From sequence record ON568341.1: DNA of 64,000 nt, one strand, 5' to 3'. The stretch's first letter is position 1, and each line of letters begins with the position of its first letter. Both the position numbers and the translations under genes were made by a program. Of the stretch, positions 56,004 through 64,000 are shown one piece after another. The notes beneath the pieces are model-generated. The model was not told the DNA's origin. It searched no databases and was given only the letters and a program-made list of their open reading frames with translations.

Positions 56004-56480
56004 ATGATACATGAGCACCGAGGTAATCTGTTTGAATTGTTCAGTACTGTAACCGATGATGAAACTGCATTGCATATTATTGCACATGGTTGCAACGCCC
56101 AAGGTAAAATGGGTTCTGGTTTTGCAAAAGAACTAAGAAATCGTTACCCAATGGCATATGATGATTATAAAGCATATGAAAAGGAAATGGGATTTCTAAG
56201 AACTGGAAAAATTGCATATTCTTCGGTAAGTGATGATTTACTTATTGCAAACTGTATTACCCAACAATTCTACGGGAATGATGGTAAAAAATATGTAAGT
56301 TATGATGCAATTGATGATATTTTCAAAGAGATAAATTACTTATGTAATATTGAACGTAGTGTTTATGTACACTTTCCGAAAATTGGAGCCGATTTGGGTG
56401 GTGGTAACTGGAACGTTATCAAAGAAATTATTGATCACAGACTGGTCAATGCAGAAAAACACTTATATATTCTAAAATAA
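56004..56480 (+). CDS. Macrodomain protein (Poa1p/T4 Tk.4-like)
   Basis: GNLF...IAHGCNAQGKMGSGFAK...HFPKIGADLGGGNW. Confidence 0.88.
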   Translation: MIHEHRGNLFELFSTVTDDETALHIIAHGCNAQGKMGSGFAKELRNRYPMAYDDYKAYEKEMGFLRTGKIAYSSVSDDLLIANCITQQFYGNDGKKYVSYDAIDDIFKEINYLCNIERSVYVHFPKIGADLGGGNWNVIKEIIDHRLVNAEKHLYILK

Positions 56481-56491
56481 TCAAAAAGGAC

Positions 56492-56809
56492 TTGACAAAA
56501 ATGACTATGACCGTTAAACTACTAAACATCAATAACATTGGCCCAGTACTAGCTGTTCTTCAAACTGATTCTGCTGAAGCAGTGGTAGTTAACTACCCAG
56601 CACAATTAGGTACTGATGAAAATGGTGAAATCATTCTTCGTGATTATCTAGAGTTTGTTAGTATGGAGAAAAATGTTATTTTTTATAAATCCAACATTAT
56701 TAGTGTTAGTGATGCAAACCCTGCATTAGTTGATGCTTATGTTGATGCTATTAAAGCAATCGAAGACACTCCAAAAGTTTTTGTTCCTGAGAATAAAATT
56801 ATTCTATAA
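56492..56809 (+). CDS. Hypothetical protein
   Basis: AAGGA RBS; beta-rich; ends in PENKIIL. Confidence 0.7.
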   Translation: MTKMTMTVKLLNINNIGPVLAVLQTDSAEAVVVNYPAQLGTDENGEIILRDYLEFVSMEKNVIFYKSNIISVSDANPALVDAYVDAIKAIEDTPKVFVPENKIIL

Positions 56810-56823
56810 TAGAGGTATATAAA

Positions 56824-57201
56824 ATGGCTGTTAATGACGTTAAAGTAAAAACTATTCAAGCTATCGTAGTACTGAAAGATTCAACTCCATCTCCAAAAGA
56901 ATTGGTAATGGCTGGGATGACAATGCTTCATCAATACAATCCTGAATCACCAAATTATGTTCAAGAATACGAAGCAAAGCAGTTTAAAGAACATTGGCAG
57001 TCATGGATTAAAGATAATGAAATGGAGCAAGTTGTTTATGCTGCTGATGACATTTTCGAATTAGAACAAATTGAATATCTAGCAGGTCAACAATCTGTGC
57101 CGTTGAGTATCTTCGGTAATGGTGAAGAAGTCTTAGTTCTAGGACCATTCACTGCCGATGTAATTACACACTTACTAAGTAATTGTGAAAAAATTGGCTA
57201 A
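56824..57201 (+). CDS. Possible degenerate Pth2-fold protein
   Basis: IVVLKD..PS.K...W......VVY.....EL......A....P.....E.LVLGP follows Pth2 topology but lacks the AQxxHA motif. Confidence 0.4.
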   Translation: MAVNDVKVKTIQAIVVLKDSTPSPKELVMAGMTMLHQYNPESPNYVQEYEAKQFKEHWQSWIKDNEMEQVVYAADDIFELEQIEYLAGQQSVPLSIFGNGEEVLVLGPFTADVITHLLSNCEKIG

Positions 57202-57412
57202 ATGCTTAAAATTATCAGGATACCGAAACAATACATTGATGTTAAATAATATAAAGTATTGGGTTGATCCATACTTTAATAATTCATTGTTAATGTACAG
57301 AGATAAAAGTCGAGATTTATACGGAATATATGTTACACAGTTAATATATGCTATAGATTCAGAACATTTTACTCCGTTGGTATACCTGTACTGTTTGTAT
57401 AATTCAGAATAA
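57185..57412 (+). CDS. Hypothetical protein
   Basis: Packed ORF. Confidence 0.45.
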   Translation: MKKLAKCLKLSGYRNNTLMLNNIKYWVDPYFNNSLLMYRDKSRDLYGIYVTQLIYAIDSEHFTPLVYLYCLYNSE

Positions 57413-57424
57413 GTATTAGCACCT

Positions 57425-57431
57425 CTAAATA
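57425..57431 (+). promoter_or_regulatory. Late promoter variant CTAAATA
   Basis: Upstream of the neck gene. Confidence 0.55.
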
Positions 57432-57464
57432 ATGTATATATAAACATTAATGAGGTGCTTTTTT

Positions 57465-58256
57465 ATGTCTTACAATTATATGGGTGGAAATCCAGATGCT
57501 CCTAACTTTGATCATCGTGAAAAACTGAAAGATGTTATCACTCAAATGTTGGGAGCAGGTGCAGTTGAGGTAGAAATTACTGATGGTCAATTAGAAATTG
57601 CAATTGATAATGCTGTATCAAATTACAGAGCGTGGAGTTCTGCTTCTAAAGAAGAAGCTTTTTTAAATATGAAATTTTATGATTCACAATCTGTATATAT
57701 GCTCCCAACTGAAGTTGAAATAGTTAAAAAGATTTACCGCTATGGTAATGGTTATTTAAGTTCTGGGTCAGGTAACAGCGTAGACCCATTCTCATTGGCA
57801 TTCACGAATACATATCTATTGACGTCGGCTAGGAATGCAGGTGGATATGATCTAACAACTTATGATTTCAGCTTTCAATTTCAAGAATTGGTTGGTCGTA
57901 TGTTTGGACGTGAAATTATATTCCAATTTAACCCAATGACTAAGAAACTTATTATTGATCGTGATATTCGCGGTACAGAAGAAGTATTACTACATGTGTA
58001 TCATAATATTCCAGAACCATTATTGTTCCAACGTCAGCAAAGCTACCCGTGGCTTCGTGATTGGGCATTGTCTGAAGCAATGATTATGCTTGGTCGTAAC
58101 CGTGCTAAGTTTGCTAGTTTGCCTGGACCACAAGGGACATTTTCAATGGATGGTGATACATTAAGAAATGAAGGTATCCAATTACAAGAACAACTAAAAG
58201 AACAGTTGAAGCGATATAAAGATGGTGGAGAACCACTTGGAATGATTATCGGGTAA
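57465..58256 (+). CDS. Neck/head-completion protein (T4 gp13-like)
   Basis: KLKDVI..MLGA..VEVEITD.Q+..AI..A; WLRDWALSEA..MLG.NRAKF..LPG.GT..MDG. Confidence 0.8.
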   Translation: MSYNYMGGNPDAPNFDHREKLKDVITQMLGAGAVEVEITDGQLEIAIDNAVSNYRAWSSASKEEAFLNMKFYDSQSVYMLPTEVEIVKKIYRYGNGYLSSGSGNSVDPFSLAFTNTYLLTSARNAGGYDLTTYDFSFQFQELVGRMFGREIIFQFNPMTKKLIIDRDIRGTEEVLLHVYHNIPEPLLFQRQQSYPWLRDWALSEAMIMLGRNRAKFASLPGPQGTFSMDGDTLRNEGIQLQEQLKEQLKRYKDGGEPLGMIIG

Positions 58257-58284
58257 ATTTTAAACATTAAAAAAAGAGTACTAT

Positions 58285-60279
58285 ATGAATAATGAAGAAT
58301 TGAAAAAACTTTTGTTGTCAAAACATATTAATTCATGGGTACATTTATACAAAGGGGACTCTCATGTGAGAGATCTCCTTTCTGTTTTTGGAATAGAACC
58401 AAAAACTGATTTCGAAATATATAAAATTCTATATATGTTCATGAATGATATAACAACAGTTCCAACTGCATATTGTGGAAAAAAAGCAAGATACAAAAAT
58501 TTTCAAAAAGGATTTTATAAATTTTGTGATGATTATGTAATTAATAAGAAAAATACGTGTAATGTATGCCATGAGATGTATTATAAAAATCGAACTAATA
58601 AAACAAAATCAACATTAATGAATATGTATGGTGTATCTAATGTATCCCAGATCCAAGAAGTAAAACAAAAGAAAGAAAAAACTAACATTGAACGTTATGG
58701 TGTCTCTACTAATTTACAGACAACAGAATCTAAAGAGAAAATCAAACAAACTAATATAGAGCGATATGGATGTGAATATCCAAATCAAAACCCTGAAATA
58801 TTCAATAAAGTAAAAGAAACAAATTTAAAAAAGTATGGTGTTGAATTCCAAAGTAAAAGAAATGAAGTAAAAGAGAAAGCCAAAAATACAAATATATTAA
58901 GATACGGAACTGAGTATTCTTTATCATCACCGACTATTCGCGAAAAAATCAATAAAACAAATCTTGAACGATATGGTGGAAACCCACTATCAAATAAAAT
59001 TATCCAAGATAAAATAAAAAACACCAACACATTGAAGTATAATTCATTTTATCCAATGAGCAATATGAGTATTCAGGAAAAAGTTCATAATACCAATGTG
59101 GAACGATATGGTGTAAAATACCCAGCCCAAAATAATTCTATCATTGAAAAAATGAAAGAAACCACAAAAAATAGATATGGTTCAGAACACTACTCACAAA
59201 CAGATGAGTATAAAGATAAAATATCACTTGCCCGTCTAGACGAAAGATATAATATAATTGTTGCAAATATTGATAAAAACTATATTCCATTATTTGAAAA
59301 TACCGATCTGATTATGAAAGTTAATACAGACGAATACCCATTTTGGTGTGAGTATTGTGATGATTTGTTTTATAGTAAGTATAAAAATCATAAAGTGAAA
59401 TGTAAGTGTCAGAAAAATAATGGTCATTCCTTGAAAGAGAAAGATTTAGTTGATTATATAAAATCATTAATACCAAATACCGAAATCATAGAAAATGACC
59501 GTTCAGTACTGAAACCTAAAGAGTTGGATGTGTATATCCCTGACCGAAATCTAGCTATTGAATTTAATGGTGTGTATTGGCATAATGATGAAAATGTCAA
59601 TTCTACTAAACACCAAGATAAGGTATTGGATTGTTTAAAACATGGGGTGAATCTTATTCACATTTATGAAGATGAATGGGATAACCCATTAACAAATAAA
59701 ATAATCAAGGAACGTTTAAAGAATAAACTTCTAGTGTCAAATAGAATTTATGCTAGAAAATGTACTGTTAGAAATATAGACAAACAAGTAAGTAATATGT
59801 TTACTAAATCACACCATATTCAAGGTGTTGCACAAGCAAGTATTCACATTGGACTTTACTATGGAAGTGAGTTGGTTGCAGTTATGACCTTTGGTAAATC
59901 AAGGTTTGATAAAAACTATGAATATGAATTAATCAGATACTGTTCATCCGGTACAGTTGTTGGTGGTGCATCAAAATTACTAAAATATTTTGAAACAGTA
60001 TATAATCCACAATCATTATTGACATATGCGGATATGGATTGGAGTAGTGGTGATCTTTATACAGTTCTAGGCTTTGAGTTTGATAGTTATACAGAACCAG
60101 GATATTTTTATTATGACCCACAAACACATGAGAGGATTTCACGTCAGAAATGTCAAAAACATAAATTGGTCAAGAAAGGTTATGATATTAACTTAACCGA
60201 GAGACAAATTTGCTGTGATGTGTTGGGATATTATAAGATTTACAACTCTGGTAATATAAAATACACAAAAAAATATTAA
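58285..60279 (+). mobile_element. Hef-like homing endonuclease with TNxERYG repeats
   Basis: About nine repeats of 22-23 aa; ELDVYIP...AIEFNGVYWH nuclease motif; C-terminal ARKC...HIQG...GGASKLL...YAD..WS.G.Y..LGF. Confidence 0.75.
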
Positions 60280-60280
60280 T

Positions 60281-60309
60281 AAAAAAGACTCCTATGTGGG
60301 GTCTTTTTT
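60281..60309 (+). terminator. Rho-independent terminator
   Basis: aaaaaagactcc/ggggtctttttt stem. Confidence 0.8.
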
Positions 60310-60354
60310 CTTTATCTGTGATATAATGATAATATTAATAGAAGAGAATATAAC

Positions 60355-60624
60355 ATGAATGATAATATAAATGTAATGTATAACAGATATCGTTGCGGGA
60401 AACCAACGCTTGATTATGAATCTACGGAAAAGTATTGGAAATTTATAAAAGATTCAATTGTTGATGTATTCGGTCGAGATCGTATAAATGCGTGGGCCAG
60501 TATATATCGTGATGAGCATGGAGAAACATTTTTCATTACTTATGTTTCTGTTTATAATAGTAACGAATCAATAGTTAAATTGCTTCAATGTTTGGTGGGG
60601 AAGGATTTTGTTGTATTGGAATAA
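60355..60624 (+). CDS. Hypothetical protein
   Basis: Downstream of TGATATAAT. Confidence 0.6.
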   Translation: MNDNINVMYNRYRCGKPTLDYESTEKYWKFIKDSIVDVFGRDRINAWASIYRDEHGETFFITYVSVYNSNESIVKLLQCLVGKDFVVLE

Positions 60625-60641
60625 TTTCATGGAGAAATATT

Positions 60642-61268
60642 ATGGAAAGACAAATAATCGCAATTAATGGAACAATAGGAAGTGGAAAAGATACTTTTGC
60701 AAAAACATTTATTGAAAATGGATATACAAAAATGTCATTTGCTACCAATTTAAAAGACTCAGTATCTTCTATTTTTGGGTGGGATCGTGAAATGCTTGAA
60801 GGAACGACTAAGGAAAGCCGCATGATTCGTGAAAAACCGGATAAGTACTGGTGTGAAAAATTGGGGCGTGATGATGTATCCCCTCGATGGGTATTACAAA
60901 ATTATGGTACTAATATACTACGTAAGTATTTTCATAATGATATTTGGGTATTCAGTTTAGAAAAATCTATGCAAGAAGTAAATGGAAATATCATCATCAC
61001 TGATTGTCGTTTTCCTAATGAATTAAAAATGATTAGATCTCAACATGGTACGATTATTGAAGTGCAACGTGTACTTCCACATTGGTATGGATTGGCTGCA
61101 TCTTATAATAAAGGAAATATTAAAATTAAACCAGTAGAACTTGAATCAGTACATGAATCAGAGTGGGCTTGGATTGGAATAAACAAACCTGATATAATTA
61201 TTCATAATAGCAGCACATTAGATGACTTACATCAAAAAGCAATGGCGATTATTTATTCTAATATGTAA
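60642..61268 (+). CDS. Deoxynucleoside monophosphate kinase (T4 gp1-like)
   Basis: AINGTIGSGKDT P-loop, SFA..LKD, SPRWVLQNYGT, ITDCRFPNE, HESE; GGAG RBS before ATG 60642. Confidence 0.88.
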   Translation: MERQIIAINGTIGSGKDTFAKTFIENGYTKMSFATNLKDSVSSIFGWDREMLEGTTKESRMIREKPDKYWCEKLGRDDVSPRWVLQNYGTNILRKYFHNDIWVFSLEKSMQEVNGNIIITDCRFPNELKMIRSQHGTIIEVQRVLPHWYGLAASYNKGNIKIKPVELESVHESEWAWIGINKPDIIIHNSSTLDDLHQKAMAIIYSNM

Positions 61269-61365
61269 AATATAAACAATAAAGACTTGTCATTTAGATC
61301 CTTCAATAAATAAGATTATACGAATATATAATTCGAACAACCAATTATTTTTGGAGGATTTTAAT

Positions 61366-64000
61366 ATGGCAGGAGATCTACTCTCACCTGGCGTGTCTAT
61401 CTCAGTAACTGATAACAGTATGAGTACTGCTGCTGCTCCAGGCACAGTACCACTATTTGTAATTGCTACTGCTGAAGACAAACTTGTTCCTGGTAGCAAT
61501 GCAATTGCTGTAGGAACTACTAAAGCAAATGCTGGAAAACTACAGCTTTTGACATCACAAAAAAGCTCACTTGATACCTATGGTACACCAATTTTCCAAA
61601 CGAATAACGGTTCTGTTGTTCAGGGGGATGAACTAAACGAATATGGTCTACATGCAGTATATTCTTATCTAGGGATTACTAATCGTGCATATGTAATTCG
61701 TGCTGACATTGATCTAGCACAATTAGCACCAAGTGCACAAGCCCCAACTGGTCCAGTTTCAAATGGCACTTTGTGGTTTGATACTGCACAATCACAAGTT
61801 GAGGCATATGTAGCTAAGAAAGACAGCCCTAGTAGTTTTTATGATTGGCAGCTTAAACCAGTCACTATTGTAAGTGCAGAAGAAGTTGAGGATGTAAGTT
61901 TAGTTGGTTTGAATGTTGATGATTTGGTTCTACGTTATAAACCAAGTAATGGTCAGATGCTAATGTATAAACGTTCCGCTTCTGGTTTGGTGCAAATGGA
62001 AACTTACCTATCCCCTATCAACAAAGTTCCAGTAGGCTCCACTGTGGAGAAAGGAAACATTTGGATTCGTGATGGTTATACCCAAAATGGGTCAAACTAT
62101 TTTGGCACTCGTTTTGTTATTAAACGTTATGCATCTTTAACTCAAGTTTGGAATATTGTGCCAGCATTTACTGGTAATTCATTCCAAGAAATTGAAGCGA
62201 AAAGTGGTGTTCTAAATAATAGTTATATCGCATCTCGCTTTGATGATGATAGCAAAAGTTTCTCTTTTTATATTCAAAGTGCAAAACTATCAACAATTAG
62301 TGCTCCTGCTTTGCCATTAGGTGAAACCATTATTGAACAAGCAGGTGATGATAGTTATATGATTTTCACTTATTTGAACAAATCTGTTAAAGTTCTAGCA
62401 GTACCTAATGGTGGTGTTATCAATACACAAACTATCATCAATAATCTAAATTCTAATGCTGAAGTAATTAACGATGGTTTCAAATTCAAACGTGAAACTA
62501 ATGGAGGTTTGGTTATCACCAATACTAAAGGGTATAGTTTCAAAATTACCCAAAGTGGTGATGATATTTTTGCAGCAGATGAACTACAAAAACTAACTGT
62601 AAACAGTAACAACTACTCCCAAATCAATCTTAAAAACTTCCGTGTTAGTTATGAAGTACCACGTAATATCGCAAAAGATGGTACATTATGGTATAATTTT
62701 GGAAACTCTGATAATTTAAATGTTACTTTGTATGTAGCTGATGTAGCAAACGACAAATGGGAGCTTGTTCAAGACGAAAACAAATATGTACAAGTCGATG
62801 AGCCAGCAGCAGATCGTACAATTTGGGTATGCCCTCTTTCACAAGGTATCGATGGATACGAATTCTATCGTAATGTCGATGGTGAATGGGTTAAACTTGA
62901 CAATACAGATCAAAGCACATTAAATGGTATGGTTTTCCATGACTTTAATACTCCATCAAAAGTTCCCGCTGCTGCATTGTATCAAAATGGTATGTTGGCA
63001 GTAGACTTAGGCAATACTGAAGGTGTTGTTAAGAAAATGGTTAATGGAAAATGGGAAGTTGTTAGTGGTGTAAGTATTGATGGTGCTGGTTTGTTTGGTC
63101 GTGCTGCACAACGTCAACTTGTCGTCGAAGCACTGGCAGCAGTTATTGTTGGTAATGATGAAATTCGTTCCGAATTTATTGATTTCAATCTAATTTGTGT
63201 ACCTGGTTATGTTGAAACTCTAGCTGAATGTGTAACTTTAAATACAGATCGTAAAGAAACTGCATTTATCGTAACTGACGTTCCTGCACGATTGGACCCA
63301 ACTGGTAATGGTAGTGCTGTTCAGAAATGGGCTACTAATGCTAATAATGCACCAAGTAATGGCCCAGTTGGTAGAACAACTGCATATGATTATGCAGCCC
63401 AGTATATGGGGTGGTGTCTAAGTACAAACGTAGATGGTATGGAAGTTGCTGTACCAGGAAGCACTATTGCAATGCGTACTTATGCATATAGTGATAGCGT
63501 TAGTTATGTGTGGTATCCACCTGCTGGTACAACTCGTGGCGTTGTGACTAATGCTGCAAGTACTGGTTTCATTAATAGTGAAGGTGAATATCAACCAGTT
63601 GTATACAATCAAGGCCAACGTGATGTTATGTATACAAACAACATTAACCCAATTGCAATGCGTCCGAATCGTGGCTTACTTGTGTATGGAGATAAAACGC
63701 TATCTGCTAATCAAACATCAGCACTAAGCCGCGTTAACGTCGCACGTTTAGTTGTTTATATTCGTCGTCAACTTGAAATTATTTCTGAACCATTCCTATT
63801 CCGTTTGAATACCCCAAGTACTCGTCAGGAATTCAGTGGTGTAGTTAATAGTTTTTTGGCAGAAATTGTTCAACAACAAGGTCTATATAATTTCGCAGTA
63901 GTTTGTGACGAAAGTAACAACACTTCTGAACGTATTGACCGTAATGAACTTTGGATGGATATTGCAATCCAACCAACCAAGTCTATTAACTTCATATACG
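61366..64000 (+). CDS. Contractile tail sheath protein, 3'-truncated by the window edge (absent from the ORF track)
   Basis: GGAGG RBS; LSPGVSISVTD; WYPPAG..RG; NINPI...G..VYGDKT...RVNVARL...CDESNNT..RIDRNEL..DIAIQPTKSINFIY. Confidence 0.93.
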   Translation, partial: MAGDLLSPGVSISVTDNSMSTAAAPGTVPLFVIATAEDKLVPGSNAIAVGTTKANAGKLQLLTSQKSSLDTYGTPIFQTNNGSVVQGDELNEYGLHAVYSYLGITNRAYVIRADIDLAQLAPSAQAPTGPVSNGTLWFDTAQSQVEAYVAKKDSPSSFYDWQLKPVTIVSAEEVEDVSLVGLNVDDLVLRYKPSNGQMLMYKRSASGLVQMETYLSPINKVPVGSTVEKGNIWIRDGYTQNGSNYFGTRFVIKRYASLTQVWNIVPAFTGNSFQEIEAKSGVLNNSYIASRFDDDSKSFSFYIQSAKLSTISAPALPLGETIIEQAGDDSYMIFTYLNKSVKVLAVPNGGVINTQTIINNLNSNAEVINDGFKFKRETNGGLVITNTKGYSFKITQSGDDIFAADELQKLTVNSNNYSQINLKNFRVSYEVPRNIAKDGTLWYNFGNSDNLNVTLYVADVANDKWELVQDENKYVQVDEPAADRTIWVCPLSQGIDGYEFYRNVDGEWVKLDNTDQSTLNGMVFHDFNTPSKVPAAALYQNGMLAVDLGNTEGVVKKMVNGKWEVVSGVSIDGAGLFGRAAQRQLVVEALAAVIVGNDEIRSEFIDFNLICVPGYVETLAECVTLNTDRKETAFIVTDVPARLDPTGNGSAVQKWATNANNAPSNGPVGRTTAYDYAAQYMGWCLSTNVDGMEVAVPGSTIAMRTYAYSDSVSYVWYPPAGTTRGVVTNAASTGFINSEGEYQPVVYNQGQRDVMYTNNINPIAMRPNRGLLVYGDKTLSANQTSALSRVNVARLVVYIRRQLEIISEPFLFRLNTPSTRQEFSGVVNSFLAEIVQQQGLYNFAVVCDESNNTSERIDRNELWMDIAIQPTKSINFIY

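Noticed and set aside
1-64000. tRNA, tmRNA, rRNA genes or a CRISPR array
   Set aside because: I saw no T-loop/CCA cloverleaf pattern and no array of three or more equal-length repeats with unique spacers. The 43.9-44.1 kb repeat has only two copies. A tRNAscan/ARAGORN run would confirm.
1-64000. Alternative genetic code or stop-codon reassignment
   Set aside because: Conserved enzymes (ligase, NrdD, PhoH, sheath) read full-length in the standard code, and TAA, TGA and TAG all act as stops.

Overview
This window is part of an AT-rich (roughly 32% GC, estimated by eye) jumbo myovirus genome that probably infects enterobacteria. The gene content resembles the RaK2/GAP32/PBECO4-type T4-distant giants; this assignment is inference. 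Nearly all genes are densely packed on the + strand, and the only long - strand gene encodes a six-Ig-domain protein. Nucleotide-metabolism genes include dCMP deaminase, thymidine kinase, dNMP kinase, nrdD/nrdG, grcA and glutaredoxin. There is a DNA ligase and an RNA/translation-repair toolkit (PNKP, CCA-adding enzyme, RlaP-like NTase, two Pth2-like proteins, HPF, cyclic-phosphate receiver, 2H phosphoesterase). The window also carries NAD/ADP-ribose enzymes (sirtuin, two Nudix, macrodomain), three protease-fold genes, PhoH, an acyl-carrier-protein homologue, a Dps-like protein, spanins and a LysM lysozyme. Other content is three HNH/homing endonucleases, a three-paralogue tail-fibre-like operon, a neck protein and the tail sheath. 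The strongest unexplained signals are: (1) a large excess of the palindrome AGTACT, extending to TTCAGTACTGAA, in all reading frames; (2) a GC-enriched promoter-to-terminator unit of about 515 nt at 43.67-44.19 kb, with a 30-nt repeat and three Arg-rich small ORFs sharing an (I/L)RP(K/R) motif; (3) a perfect class II FNR promoter ahead of nrdD; (4) a sirtuin-NUDT16-like-cyclic-phosphate-receiver operon. No tRNA, rRNA or CRISPR array was found. All family assignments are by-eye motif recognition, not database searches.
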